Shown: positions 48,888 to 59,564 of the stretch, piece after piece
How positions within the stretch are numbered: the stretch's first letter is position 1
Layout of the letters: every line of letters begins with the position of its first letter
Assembly: GCA_964518475.1 (NCBI GenBank)
Contig: CAZFGR010000001.1
Coordinates: 192,001-256,000 of the forward strand
Origin: an uncultured Nitrososphaerota archaeon
Lineage (GTDB): Archaea > Asgardarchaeota > Njordarchaeia > Njordarchaeales > Njordarchaeaceae
Length of the DNA stretch: 64,000 bases
Direction of reading: 5' to 3'
The notes under the pieces: model-generated
Told to the model about the DNA's origin: nothing
Database searches by the model: none
What the model saw: only the letters and a program-made list of their open reading frames with translations
Made by a program: the position numbers and the translations under genes

Positions 48888-49469
48888 GTGTCTCTCTTGT
48901 TAATAGAAGTTAGCTGGCTTGGTCGCGGTGGTCAAGGCGCTGTAACAGCTTCTCGGCTTCTTGCTAAAGCATTAGTTAAGGAAAACTTATGGGCTCAATC
49001 AATAGTCTTCTTTGGTGCAGAAAGAAGAGGTGCTCCGGTATACGCTTATAATAGGATATCTGATAAATACATAAAGTACCATCATTTCGTGCACAATCCG
49101 GATGTAGCCATAGTATTTGATGAAAGCTTGCTCAAAATAACGAACATCCTTGACCAAATAAAAGAGTCTGGTACCCTAATTCTTAACTCCACTCGAGTCC
49201 CAGAAGATCTTATTGGCAATAGAAAGAAGCTAAAAATAGCCATCGTTAATGCAACGGATATAGCATTGGAATTAGAGTTAACAGTTGCGGGGATACCTGT
49301 GGTCAATACTGCGATGATCGGAGCCTTTGCTAAGGTCATGAATATTCCATCGATAGATGCGGTAGTTGAAACAATAAAGGAAACGTGGCCAGGTAAAATG
49401 GGAGAGTTAAATGCTAAAGCAGCTAGATATGCTTACGAAAAAACAGAAGTTGTTCGTAATCTAGACTAA
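48888..49469 (+). CDS. porG: 2-oxoacid:ferredoxin oxidoreductase gamma subunit
   Basis: GRGGQGAVTA and FGAERRGAPV motifs. Confidence 0.9.
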   Translation: MSLLLIEVSWLGRGGQGAVTASRLLAKALVKENLWAQSIVFFGAERRGAPVYAYNRISDKYIKYHHFVHNPDVAIVFDESLLKITNILDQIKESGTLILNSTRVPEDLIGNRKKLKIAIVNATDIALELELTVAGIPVVNTAMIGAFAKVMNIPSIDAVVETIKETWPGKMGELNAKAARYAYEKTEVVRNLD

Positions 49470-49490
49470 TGAGATTTGGAGGTATTGTAA

Positions 49491-49757
49491 ATGAGCCAGC
49501 CTCATTTGTTATTACCAATCTCTCGTCCCAAAATAGGTGCAGGCGGGAAAACGGGAAGTTGGCGTGTTTTTAAGCCAATAATTGATAAAGAAAAATGCAC
49601 TAAGTGCTATCAGTGCTGGATGTTTTGTCCCGAAGGAGCTATAATAGTAGGTAAAAGAGGCGATTACCCAAAAATAAACTATGACTACTGTAAGGGTTGC
49701 TTAATTTGCTACGATGTATGTCCCGTTAAAGCAATTTCTAAAGAGAAGGAGGAGTAA
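49491..49757 (+). CDS. porD: 2-oxoacid:ferredoxin oxidoreductase delta subunit
   Basis: TGSWR and two CxxCxxCxxxCP motifs. Confidence 0.9.
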   Translation: MSQPHLLLPISRPKIGAGGKTGSWRVFKPIIDKEKCTKCYQCWMFCPEGAIIVGKRGDYPKINYDYCKGCLICYDVCPVKAISKEKEE

Positions 49758-49759
49758 AA

Positions 49760-50890
49760 ATGGCACGAACTGATGTGATTACTGGTAATGATGCAGCTGC
49801 TTGGGGAGCCCGTTTAAGCAGAGTAGAAGTAATTGCTGCCTATCCCATTACTCCACAAACAACCATAGTTGAGACATTATCAAAATGGGTTGATACGGGG
49901 GAAATGAAGGCTAAGTTTATAACTGTAGAGTCCGAGCATTCCGCAATGGCCGCAGTTATAGGAGCCAGTGCAGCGGGAGCAAGAGCATTTACGGCAACAT
50001 CGAGCCAGGGTTTCTTCTATATGTTCGAAATGGTGAGCTGGGCCGTCGGAGCTAGAGTACCCGTTGTCATGGCACTGGTTAATAGAGCTATGGGACCCCC
50101 TTGGAATATATGGGCGGATTGGAATGATGCCTTAGCAGCTCGTGATCTTGGATGGATAATGTTCTTCGCATCCAATAACCAAGAAGTCCTTGACACTATT
50201 ATCCAAGCTTATAAAATAGCGGAAAATAGAGATGTACTATTGCCAGCAATGGTTTGCTTAGAAGGTTTCGTTTTAAGTCATACAACGATGCCCGTGATAA
50301 TCCATGATCAAGAAAAAGTGGACGAGTTCCTCCCCTCCTATAATCCTCCCCACTACGTGGTAAATCCCAAGGTCTCAGAACCAATAACTTACGGTAATAT
50401 CCTTTTCCCATGGGATTATGTAAAAGTACGTATGGCTATACAAAAAGCTATGGACAACGCTGTAAATGTTATTAGGAAGGTTTCAAGAGAATTCAAGGAA
50501 ATCTTTGGACAATGGCACGGAGATCTCATAAAGGAATACCGCACAGATGATGCGGAGTATTTGATTGTTTCAATGGGAAGCGTGGCAGAAGAGGCAGAGA
50601 CCGTTGTGGATAAATTGCGGGAGAAAGGTCTGAAAGTTGGTGCTCTTAAAGTTCGTGTATTCAGACCATTTCCAAAACAAGATATAGCAAGAGTTGCCGA
50701 TGGTGTATCAAAGGTATTCGTAGTTGATAGAGATATCTCCTTTGGGTACGGAGGAATATTAGCTGGTGAGACAAAAGCAGTTCTTCACGAAGCAAAAATC
50801 GACACTCCAGTCAAAGAAATAATCCTTGGTATTGGCGGCGATGAAATCCTCCCAGAACACATTGAGAAAGTAGTATTAGAGAATAGATAG
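49760..50890 (+). CDS. porA: 2-oxoacid:ferredoxin oxidoreductase alpha subunit
   Basis: AYPITPQT, VESEHSA and TATSSQG motifs. Confidence 0.92.
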   Translation: MARTDVITGNDAAAWGARLSRVEVIAAYPITPQTTIVETLSKWVDTGEMKAKFITVESEHSAMAAVIGASAAGARAFTATSSQGFFYMFEMVSWAVGARVPVVMALVNRAMGPPWNIWADWNDALAARDLGWIMFFASNNQEVLDTIIQAYKIAENRDVLLPAMVCLEGFVLSHTTMPVIIHDQEKVDEFLPSYNPPHYVVNPKVSEPITYGNILFPWDYVKVRMAIQKAMDNAVNVIRKVSREFKEIFGQWHGDLIKEYRTDDAEYLIVSMGSVAEEAETVVDKLREKGLKVGALKVRVFRPFPKQDIARVADGVSKVFVVDRDISFGYGGILAGETKAVLHEAKIDTPVKEIILGIGGDEILPEHIEKVVLENR

Positions 50891-50891
50891 T

Positions 50892-51824
50892 TTGGTGATA
50901 AAGATGGCAAAAAACATATTGGGTGAAGTTATAGAAGCTGGGGAATATCTTCTTCCAGGCCATACAGCTTGTCCTGGTTGTGGATCTGCATTAGCTTTAA
51001 GATGGGTTCTTAAAGCACTTGGTAAGGACACAATCCTTGTTATCCCGGCGAGCTGCTCTAGCGTGTATCAAGGAATATATCCATCATCTGCAATAAATGT
51101 ATTCGTATTCAACGTAGCCTTTGCCTCTGCAGCTGCTGTCGCTTCGGGTATTTCGCAAGCGCTGGAAGCAAGAAACTTTAAAGATGTACATGTTGTTGTA
51201 TGGGGAGGAGACGGGGGACTAGTAGATATAGGATTTGCTACTGTTAGTGGAGCAGCTGAGAGAAATGAGAATATTCTCGTAATCTGTTATGATAATGAGG
51301 CTTATATGAATACTGGTATTCAACGTTCAGGTAGTACTCCACCAGGTGCAATAACTACTACGACTCCGCTAGGAAAAATTGTGGGTTTCAAGAAACCAGC
51401 TCCATTTATATGGCTTCTCCATGGTATCCCATATGTTGCCACTGCTAGTGTTGCGTATCCTCTAGATCTCTACCAAAAGGTCAAAAAAGCTGCTAAGATA
51501 AAAGGCTTTAAGTACATCCACATCTTTTCACCATGTCCACCAGGATGGCGCTTTGACGACTCAAAAACGGTTAGTGTTGCGCGATTAGCTGTCGAAACTG
51601 GTTATTGGATATTGTGGGAAGCTGAGAGAGTAAATGGAAAACTGAGATTTACACTCTCTCCGCCCTCAAAACCTTACCTAGATCCGTCAAAACGCAAACC
51701 AATAGAAGAATTCCTCAGATTGCAAAAACGCTTCTCACAATTTACAGAAGATAGCATAAAGCGTATCAAGGAGTTCATAGACTTTCAGTGGTCCCTAGTG
51801 AAAAAGTTCTTAGGTGAGGAATAG
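50892..51824 (+). CDS. porB: 2-oxoacid:ferredoxin oxidoreductase beta subunit
   Basis: GHTACPGCG, GDG...DNEAYMNTGIQRS TPP-binding motif. Confidence 0.92.
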   Translation: MVIKMAKNILGEVIEAGEYLLPGHTACPGCGSALALRWVLKALGKDTILVIPASCSSVYQGIYPSSAINVFVFNVAFASAAAVASGISQALEARNFKDVHVVVWGGDGGLVDIGFATVSGAAERNENILVICYDNEAYMNTGIQRSGSTPPGAITTTTPLGKIVGFKKPAPFIWLLHGIPYVATASVAYPLDLYQKVKKAAKIKGFKYIHIFSPCPPGWRFDDSKTVSVARLAVETGYWILWEAERVNGKLRFTLSPPSKPYLDPSKRKPIEEFLRLQKRFSQFTEDSIKRIKEFIDFQWSLVKKFLGEE

Positions 51825-51889
51825 CCATAAGTAAGTTTTGGGATACCATACCCCCATTTCGCTTACAATTTATTTTTTTCGGTGTTTTA

Positions 51890-52768
51890 ATGTCGAATTT
51901 TTTATTTGGACTCGTCTTCTCAAAGAAAGATCCGGTAAGTATGAACACCTTTAGAACACTTAGAGAATTTGTAAGTGATATCAGCTCTTGCGACGAGATA
52001 CAAAAACTTAGTTCAATAGATTATGATCTATTTATCTCAAAAGAATTAAATGCTCTCCTTATCGTGACTTCAGAAGATCTCATATATGCCGAGAATGTTA
52101 ATAGCTTCAGGTGGTATGTGAATAGGTTTATCTTCGTTAGTCGTCATGAATCATCATCTCATCTACCTAGTCTACTCACTCACTTTCCAGGTAATTGGTT
52201 AAGAGAAAATCCTCTCGGCGGAAATCCAGAAGAGCTTGGAGTAGCGGATCCTATATTTGAAAAAACGTATTTTCAGATGTTGCTAGAAACCGTTGAGGAA
52301 TTCAACCTAGATGATAAATATCATGTCAGTTTAGAAGCTACTCATCATGGTCCTACATCCATAGAAAAGCCAGTCACATTTATAGAAATTGGCAGTAGTC
52401 CCCAAGAGTGGAACGATCAAAAAGCGATCAAGACTCTTATTGAATCCCTAATAAAGACCTTGAAAACACTTTCTTGTAGTAACGTAAAGTATACAAAAGT
52501 AGCTGTGGGTTTCGGAGGCCCTCATTACGCCCCTACCTTTACGAAAATAGTTTCTCAAACAGACATCGCTATAGCACATATAGCATCAAGATACGTGATA
52601 GATAAGGCAACAGATACTATTCTCTTAAATGCTTTAGAGAAATCCTATACAAAACCCACGATGATTTTGTTAGATTGGAAAGGACTAAGAAAAAGCCAGC
52701 GTGATCGATTACTAAGAATATTCTCCAACACCAATCTTGAAATTCTAAAAACAAAGGCCTTGCTCTGA
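51890..52768 (+). CDS. dtdA: D-aminoacyl-tRNA deacylase
   Basis: SRH, THFPGN, EATHHGP, FIEIGS and GFGGPHY motifs. Confidence 0.9.
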   Translation: MSNFLFGLVFSKKDPVSMNTFRTLREFVSDISSCDEIQKLSSIDYDLFISKELNALLIVTSEDLIYAENVNSFRWYVNRFIFVSRHESSSHLPSLLTHFPGNWLRENPLGGNPEELGVADPIFEKTYFQMLLETVEEFNLDDKYHVSLEATHHGPTSIEKPVTFIEIGSSPQEWNDQKAIKTLIESLIKTLKTLSCSNVKYTKVAVGFGGPHYAPTFTKIVSQTDIAIAHIASRYVIDKATDTILLNALEKSYTKPTMILLDWKGLRKSQRDRLLRIFSNTNLEILKTKALL

Positions 52769-52941
52769 ATTAGTGTTATTTTCTTAATTCCATAAACCAT
52801 CCTTAGCTTATACTTTTCTAGTTTCTTAAGTGCATCTGAGTTAATAAGAATGAAAAATCCCAGCTCTTAACTATAAAAGTTTCGTCAAGAATGAGCCATA
52901 AATCTTAGATAAGGTTTTTAGGTGGCGGAAATGCCTGATTT

Positions 52942-53565
52942 TCAACTTCTTTGTTGCTTTTTCTTTAGTTCTATCATTTTCGCTTGGATATAGTCAAAAA
53001 TTACTTTTGCTAAAAAGTTGAATGCTTTGTCGATGTTTTCGCCAGTTTTTGCTGAAGTTTCTATATAGGGGATTGTAACTCCCACTTGTCTACTAGCAAG
53101 TTCGGCATATTTATAACCAGCTTCTGACGGAACTACGTCCTTTGCGGATCCTCTTAGATCTATCTTATTACCAATAAGAACAAAGGGCCACATCCCCCCA
53201 GCATGTCTCCAGAATTCGCTTATCCATTTCGGCACATTATAGTATGTCTTAGGATTAGTTACATCAAAGACAACAAGAGCTGCTCTAGCGCCCTTGTAAT
53301 AGAGTGGACGTACTTGGTCGAAAGTTGGTTGGCCCGCTAGATCCCATAAGAACCAGTTGATAATGACTTCACCGACCCGCTCATCATAATATCTCTGAGA
53401 CTTTATGTAAAAGTCAGCACCGATTGTCTTTTTGTACTCATGTATAAAACTTTTTCCTAAGAATCTACGCGCGATAGAAGTTTTTCCTACTCCACCATCC
53501 CCTATCAAGACAACCTTTATCTGTACTGCTTTAGGAGATGCTTTTCTTTTTGTTATATCAGACAT
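52942..53565 (-). CDS. Rab-like small GTPase
   Basis: GDGGVGKT, TIGADF, WDLAGQ, YYKGA, GNKIDL and ETSAK motifs. Confidence 0.9.
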   Translation of the reverse strand: MSDITKRKASPKAVQIKVVLIGDGGVGKTSIARRFLGKSFIHEYKKTIGADFYIKSQRYYDERVGEVIINWFLWDLAGQPTFDQVRPLYYKGARAALVVFDVTNPKTYYNVPKWISEFWRHAGGMWPFVLIGNKIDLRGSAKDVVPSEAGYKYAELASRQVGVTIPYIETSAKTGENIDKAFNFLAKVIFDYIQAKMIELKKKQQRS

Positions 53566-53912
53566 TTAATAGCCACCATTATACTGGATTTTTTTCATGA
53601 ACTAATGATGATGTTCCTTTTTCTATTTTTAAAGTAATCACTTAAACTTTCTCATTGACAAGCATTTTTTATCAGCTCTATTCGAAATTAAAAAGTATTA
53701 TGGTTGAAAGTTCTTTGCAAAAACTAACTATAAAGAGCCCTATTGGATATACAAGAAATTATCCCCATTTTACAACCATCACAATTTTTATCTGGTATTC
53801 TTGATTACATTAATGATACGCTAGTATCCCATAGATAATCCACTAGAATATATTAGTACGGCTGTGTTTCTTTTTTAACATTAGTAACACGCGGGCGTGT
53901 AAGGCGTTAACT

Positions 53913-54806
53913 ATGCTTGAGTCAGATAATTCCGACTCCTCCATTATAAATGAAAATAATGAAAATTATGAAAAATGCCCTAACTGCGGATCCACTAACC
54001 TAAGTCTTGATAATAATGGAATGTTAGTTTGTTACAATTGTGGTTACGTGATAGAGAATATTATTTTAAGTAGTGAATACGAGAAGCGAATTTTCAGTTC
54101 TGAAGATACTATTTTTTCATCACGAATCACACCTCCTACCGATCCTCTATTGAAACATTCCCGTATGGAATTATTACGAATGATTCAGAAAGAAGATAAA
54201 GAGCTGCTCTCTTATGAGCCCTCAGAGACCAGACTTAAAAGAAAACTTGAGGGCGTTATGATTGAAGTCTGCAAAAATCTGCATTTACCATCATCTACGT
54301 TCAAAACTGCTCTAAACATGCTTATAAAGTATGCTCAAAGATACAGTATAAGAGAAAAGAAGCTAAAAGCCTTTGTAGCTGCTGCGCTCTACGTAGCTGC
54401 TCGTCAGACCGGTCATCCACAGCCTATAGATAAGATTCTTAAGAAGACCGGATTAAGCAAGAAAGAGTTCTCTAAAGCATTTAAATTGCTAAGAGAGCGA
54501 TTAAAGCTTCACTTAGCTCCTATAAGTCCAGAACAATACGTAATATCTTTTGGAAAAGAGTTAGGTCTATCGGGTAAAGCTATAAAATTAGCAATAAAGA
54601 TTTTGAAACATGCCTATGAATATGGTTTAACAATAGGGAAAGATCCAGCTGGTCTTGCAGCTGCTTCTCTCTTCGCTGCTTCTATCGCGACTGGCGAGCA
54701 TAGAAGCCAGAGGAGGATAGCGGAGATAGCCTCTATTACAGAGGTTACGGTGAGAACCCGATACAAGGAGTTGAAAAAATACATTACACAACTTAGTATA
54801 TTGTAA
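53913..54806 (+). CDS. tfb: transcription initiation factor TFB
   Basis: CPNC...CYNCG Zn ribbon, two cyclin repeats, TEVTVRTRYKEL. Confidence 0.92.
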   Translation: MLESDNSDSSIINENNENYEKCPNCGSTNLSLDNNGMLVCYNCGYVIENIILSSEYEKRIFSSEDTIFSSRITPPTDPLLKHSRMELLRMIQKEDKELLSYEPSETRLKRKLEGVMIEVCKNLHLPSSTFKTALNMLIKYAQRYSIREKKLKAFVAAALYVAARQTGHPQPIDKILKKTGLSKKEFSKAFKLLRERLKLHLAPISPEQYVISFGKELGLSGKAIKLAIKILKHAYEYGLTIGKDPAGLAAASLFAASIATGEHRSQRRIAEIASITEVTVRTRYKELKKYITQLSIL

Positions 54807-54926
54807 GAACTATGAGGCATATTTATATAAGTATTTAATATTATTGACAAACAAGATCTTCAAACAAGCGAAGAACTAGAGATTTATTGATACCTATCAT
54901 CGAGGTTTTGTTTTAATTCTCGTCTA

Positions 54927-55604
54927 ATGACGACTTCGAGGCGAGAAAAATTGTTAGGAAAAGATAAGGAAGAGCACCCATTTGAATTCAAAATTGAGAA
55001 CTGCGTTGGTTCGGCAAATTTAGGCATTACAATCGATCTACAAGAACTTTATAAAAGACTTCTAAAACTTCAGACAGAAATGCGTGAGACTGTAAGAGAC
55101 ACAGAAATGACTGAGGAGTGGCCGTTCTTAGTTAGACATCAGCCAAGAGAATTCCCCGGACTAATTCTTAAGCTTCGATATAAGGTTCGGGCTAGCTTGT
55201 TAATTTTTAGCTCGGGTAATATTGTCATCACTGGCGCAAAAAGTAAAGAGGAGATAGAGAAGGTTGCTGAGATAATTGTTAATCTATTAAGAAGAGCTGG
55301 CTTTAACATTGAAAGAAAACCTAATATTGAATTACAAAATATAGTAGCTAGTGCGGATCTTAAAAAACCCATTAATCTTGAGTTAGTAGCCATGCTCGGA
55401 GGAGAAAACGTCGCTTACGAACCCGAAATTTTTCCTGGTCTCATTTATAGAATTGAAGAACCTAAAGTGGTCTTACTCCTATTTAGGTCGGGTAAAGTAG
55501 TTTGTACTGGTGCAAAATCTCGAGAGATGATTATTGAAGCTTTAAAGATCATTGATGAAAGATTAAGAGAAATGAATGCTTATGTTGAAGAGCTTGGTTT
55601 CTGA
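54927..55604 (+). CDS. tbp: TATA-binding protein
   Basis: FPGLI, LIFSSG..VITGAKS repeated twice. Confidence 0.95.
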   Translation: MTTSRREKLLGKDKEEHPFEFKIENCVGSANLGITIDLQELYKRLLKLQTEMRETVRDTEMTEEWPFLVRHQPREFPGLILKLRYKVRASLLIFSSGNIVITGAKSKEEIEKVAEIIVNLLRRAGFNIERKPNIELQNIVASADLKKPINLELVAMLGGENVAYEPEIFPGLIYRIEEPKVVLLLFRSGKVVCTGAKSREMIIEALKIIDERLREMNAYVEELGF

Positions 55605-55954
55605 CCTTTTCTTTTTAAATAATATTTCAACCCTGCTTCTGGAATTTTTCTGATCCATTTAGCAACAAGATACTTTTTATCTCTCCACCATCTCCCGACC
55701 CCATAAGTTATTACGAAATCGCCTTCTGCAATAGAGTGTATGTTTGTTTTATCATATAGCTCTCTGTAAATCACAACTTCTATTATTTTATCAGGGATAT
55801 CCAAATCTTCCAATATTACGGATGTCCCATCCTCCGATCTTACAATTTGTTTTACGCGTCCAATGATCTTAAGCGTTCTTGAGAAAGATTTTCGAGGGTC
55901 AAGATAGGTAAACTCATAAGGAGTTAGAAGAGGAGACGCACTCATCGTTACCAC
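55580..55954 (-). CDS. small OB-fold protein (RPA subunit-like)
   Basis: LKIIGRV...VILED...EGDFVITYG...KYLVAKWIRK pattern. Confidence 0.55.
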   Translation of the reverse strand: MVTMSASPLLTPYEFTYLDPRKSFSRTLKIIGRVKQIVRSEDGTSVILEDLDIPDKIIEVVIYRELYDKTNIHSIAEGDFVITYGVGRWWRDKKYLVAKWIRKIPEAGLKYYLKRKGQKPSSST

Positions 55955-56006
55955 GTATCATCACAACGCACTAGATGATAACATAAGTGTAAAGAATAAA
56001 TAGGTA

Positions 56007-56777
56007 CTATAGAGAAGTAATTGTCTTCTCTATTATCTTTATCACTTTAGGTTTCACACTATCAAAAATTTGAAGAACCTCTTCATGAGAAACTCTGTCC
56101 TGAAGTCCTGCAGCATAATTTGTCACAATACATATTGTCGCATAGCAAATTTCTAGCTCTTTAAACAAAAAAACTTCTGGCACCCCGGTCATTCCAACGA
56201 GATCCCCTCCAATCATCGCAAAAAATCTTATCTCAGCTGGTGTCTCAAACCGAGGCCCTTCTGTACACACGTAAGTTCCCCCATCAAAAATTTCAACCCC
56301 AAGTTCTTTAGCTGCTGAAATAATTTTCTTGCGTAGAAATTCACAATAGGGTTCAGTTACATCCGTATGGACTACTCCTTTCTTCTTTCTACCGTCAGGA
56401 AACTCTATTTCAAACTCACCATCAAAGAAGGTATATATTCTAGATTTTGTAAAATCAATTACTTGATTTGGTACCACTAGGGATCCTGGAGGAAAGTCTT
56501 TTCTAATGGATCCCACAGCATTGGTAGCAATCACGTATTTTACTCCTAATTTGAACATAGCATATGCGTTTGCCCGATAATTGATTTTATGTGGCGGAAG
56601 CTTATGGCCCTTTCCATGCCTAGCAATAAAAGCAACTCTTTTAGATCCGATGTTTCCCACTACAACATTTACAGAGCCGAAAGGGGTCTTAACCAAAACC
56701 TCTTTCATAGATTCTAGAGAAAAGAACTCATAAAAGCCGGAGCCGCCTATCACTCCTACATCTATTCGTGTGCTCAT
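56007..56777 (-). CDS. mtnP: methylthioadenosine phosphorylase / purine nucleoside phosphorylase
   Basis: GVIGGSG, RHGKGHKLPPHKINYRAN and EGPRFETPAE motifs. Confidence 0.92.
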   Translation of the reverse strand: MSTRIDVGVIGGSGFYEFFSLESMKEVLVKTPFGSVNVVVGNIGSKRVAFIARHGKGHKLPPHKINYRANAYAMFKLGVKYVIATNAVGSIRKDFPPGSLVVPNQVIDFTKSRIYTFFDGEFEIEFPDGRKKKGVVHTDVTEPYCEFLRKKIISAAKELGVEIFDGGTYVCTEGPRFETPAEIRFFAMIGGDLVGMTGVPEVFLFKELEICYATICIVTNYAAGLQDRVSHEEVLQIFDSVKPKVIKIIEKTITSL

Positions 56778-56896
56778 GTAGACCCCCAAATTATTGCCTT
56801 ATCACTAAATGATTCTTAACAGGTTGATAAAAACTTTTAAGTGCAAACTTGGCAATTGATTAAAGCATAACGATTATCAGAAAATTGGTGTCGAGA

Positions 56897-57397
56897 ATGG
56901 GAAAAAGAGCAAAAGTTGAGATTCCTAAAGAATTACTAGAAAAGTTGACAAAGCCGAAAGAATATAGACATTTGTTAAGATTAGTGCATGTGGATGTGCG
57001 GGGGGATATTCCATTATACTACGCTTTAACTCAGGTGAAAGGGATAGGTCCTGCATTAGCGAATGCTATTATAAAAGTGTTAAACCTTGATCCTAACATG
57101 CCAATTGGTTTTTTGAGTGATGAACAAATAAAAATGATTGAAGATGTAGCTAGAAATCCTACAAAGTATGGCATACCTGGTTGGCTTGTGAATAGACCGC
57201 GAGATCCTCAAACTGGAGAAAATCTTCATTATATTGGTCCAGATTTAGTTTTAAGAATACGACAGGACATTGAATTAATGAAGCAGATCAAATGTTGGAA
57301 AGGAATTAGACACGCTTTAGGTCTTAAAGTGAGAGGTCAGAGAACTAGAACTACTGGAAGAAAAGGTTTGACTGTAGGTGTGTCTAAGAGGAAATAG
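56897..57397 (+). CDS. rps13: 30S ribosomal protein uS13
   Basis: GIRHALGLKVRGQRTRTTGR motif. Confidence 0.96.
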   Translation: MGKRAKVEIPKELLEKLTKPKEYRHLLRLVHVDVRGDIPLYYALTQVKGIGPALANAIIKVLNLDPNMPIGFLSDEQIKMIEDVARNPTKYGIPGWLVNRPRDPQTGENLHYIGPDLVLRIRQDIELMKQIKCWKGIRHALGLKVRGQRTRTTGRKGLTVGVSKRK

Positions 57398-57409
57398 AGG
57401 TGAAACATT

Positions 57410-57949
57410 ATGGGCGATCCCAAAAAGCCTCGAAAAAAATATGAAACTCCCTCGCATCCATGGCAAAAAGATAGATTAATTGAAGAATTAAGACTTGTTG
57501 GGCAATACGGTTTGCGAAATAAGAGAGAATTATGGAAATTTAAGACAATGCTTTCCGAGATTCGAGGAAGAGCTAGACAGCTCTTAGCAGTTCCATCAGA
57601 AGAAAGAAAAGTTCAGGAAAAAGCGTTAATTCGCCGGCTATACGAGATGGGTATATTAGATGAAGATGCCACACTCGATGATATTTTAAGCTTAACTGTG
57701 GAGGATCTATTGAAGAGAAGACTCCAAACAGTAGTTTATGAGTTAGGAATTGCACGTACAATACATCAAGCAAGACAAATGATCGTTCATCGTCATATAA
57801 CAGTAAACGGTAGAATAGTTACCTCTCCGAGCTATATTGTTAAGAGACACGATATTGTGGCTTTGCATCCTGGATCCCCATATAACAAACTATTAAGGGA
57901 AGCACAACAAACTCTAGAAGAATTAGAAAGCCAAGCTGAGGGAGCATAA
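57410..57949 (+). CDS. rps4: 30S ribosomal protein uS4
   Basis: MGDPKKPRKKYETP and RRLQT motifs. Confidence 0.96.
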   Translation: MGDPKKPRKKYETPSHPWQKDRLIEELRLVGQYGLRNKRELWKFKTMLSEIRGRARQLLAVPSEERKVQEKALIRRLYEMGILDEDATLDDILSLTVEDLLKRRLQTVVYELGIARTIHQARQMIVHRHITVNGRIVTSPSYIVKRHDIVALHPGSPYNKLLREAQQTLEELESQAEGA

Positions 57950-57989
57950 GATATTTTGAATAAAAGAAGACGCGACGAGGTGATAAGAT

Positions 57990-58397
57990 ATGTCAAGTAC
58001 TAAAGAAGATCCTCTAAAGATAGGTATTGTTTACATTTACGCAAGCAAGAATAATACGATAGTTCACATAACGGACGCGACAGGCGCTGAAACGATATCT
58101 AGAAAAAGTGGTGGTATGTTTACAGATGCTGATAGAAACAAGCCCACTCCTTGGGTTGCCATGCTAGTAGCTAAGGCAGCGGCAGAAGAAGCGCGAGCCG
58201 CTGGTATTACGCGAGTTATTGTTAGGGTTAGAGGTATTGGAGGGAATAGATCCCCTCAACCAAATAACAGGGCAGCTAGTGCTGCTATTAAAGCTCTCGT
58301 GAGAGCAGGGTTAAGAATTATATCAATTGAAGATGTCACACCGATACCTCATGATAGCATCCGTAAACCTGGAGGTAGGAGAGGTAGAAGAGTCTAA
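57990..58397 (+). CDS. rps11: 30S ribosomal protein uS11
   Basis: NNTIVHITD and [10 protein letters not shown]...GGRRGRRV motifs. Confidence 0.95.
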   Translation: MSSTKEDPLKIGIVYIYASKNNTIVHITDATGAETISRKSGGMFTDADRNKPTPWVAMLVAKAAAEEARAAGITRVIVRVRGIGGNRSPQPNNRAASAAIKALVRAGLRIISIEDVTPIPHDSIRKPGGRRGRRV

Positions 58398-59074
58398 TGG
58401 GTGATCATAATATGAGTAGTAGGGGGCGTTTAAGAAGAAAAAGAAAATTCTGGATAACAGTCTACGCGCCAGAATTGCTTGGTGGTACAAACAGACCTTT
58501 AGCTAAGGTTCTTTGCTCAGAACCAGAGGATTTAATCAATAGAATCGTATTGGTGAAAGGTATCGAGTTTACAAAGGATTTTGAGGATAGAGGAATGAAC
58601 CTATATTTCAGAATTGTCAAGGTAACCCCTAGCGGTGCATTTACTACGTTAATAGGACATGACTATGTTCGAGAAGTGATATCATCAAAGGTCAGACGGA
58701 GAATGTCACGTGTAGAAATAATAACCCATGTTTATACGAAAGATGGACACAGAGTGAAAGTAAGTATACTAGCTATGACTGCTCATAGATGCAAAGAAAT
58801 CCATAAGAAATTGATTAGAAAAATCTTTGAGGAATTCCTTATTACAAAGGCGAAAGAATATAGTTACGAAGAATTCATTTATCACCTAGCCATTGCTAAG
58901 ACGTGGCATGCAGAAATGATAAGACTAGCGCATAAGATTTACCCATTGAGAGAATTCTTAATCTATAAAAGTCGGGCTGAGACGGTTATAGTCCCGAGTG
59001 ATGAAATAGAAAAAGCTGTCGAACAAAAAGAAGAGATAGGGAGAAGGGCCGAAACGTTTACTGCGAGGAGATAA
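58397..59074 (+). CDS. rps3ae: 30S ribosomal protein eS1 (S3Ae)
   Basis: WITVYAP, TKDGHRV and KIYPLR motifs. Confidence 0.88.
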   Translation: MGDHNMSSRGRLRRKRKFWITVYAPELLGGTNRPLAKVLCSEPEDLINRIVLVKGIEFTKDFEDRGMNLYFRIVKVTPSGAFTTLIGHDYVREVISSKVRRRMSRVEIITHVYTKDGHRVKVSILAMTAHRCKEIHKKLIRKIFEEFLITKAKEYSYEEFIYHLAIAKTWHAEMIRLAHKIYPLREFLIYKSRAETVIVPSDEIEKAVEQKEEIGRRAETFTARR

Positions 59075-59077
59075 TCT

Positions 59078-59368
59078 TTACCCTTTTTTAGCTAATATTA
59101 TCTCTATTGTGCTTATTCTATCAATTCTACCTTCTGGATTTTTAACAGTACTAGTACCGATTTTCACAGATTCTATTTCTACTAAATTCTTCAGGTATCT
59201 GGTTCTCAGGATTTCGGCTACATCTACAGCTCTGCTAATTCCAGCACCTCGTGCACATATCCTAATCTTCTTTGTATCCTTATTCATAATCATACTCATT
59301 GCTGTTACAATATAATTCATAAGACCCTTGCGACCAATAAATATCGTTGGGATTTCCTCAGCTCTCAT
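59078..59368 (-). CDS. albA: DNA/RNA-binding protein Alba
   Basis: IFIGRKGLMNY and ARGAGISRAVDVAE motifs. Confidence 0.93.
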   Translation of the reverse strand: MRAEEIPTIFIGRKGLMNYIVTAMSMIMNKDTKKIRICARGAGISRAVDVAEILRTRYLKNLVEIESVKIGTSTVKNPEGRIDRISTIEIILAKKG

Positions 59369-59564
59369 CAAACCAGAACACCTCCGAAACACGCATGGAT
59401 ATTATTTTTCGCCTAAGTCTGATAATCCAAGACGTGTGGATCGCACGCATAGAAGATATGTTAAATAGAGATACAAATAGGTTTTGCTATAATAAAAAGT
59501 TGAATCCAATATGCTTCTCACGCTGTATACTTGGCCTTTTTAATTATTTATTCTATTCTTCTAA

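Noticed and set aside
53888-53900. Short ACACGC/GCGTGT palindrome upstream of tfb
   Set aside because: Too short to support a function from sequence alone.
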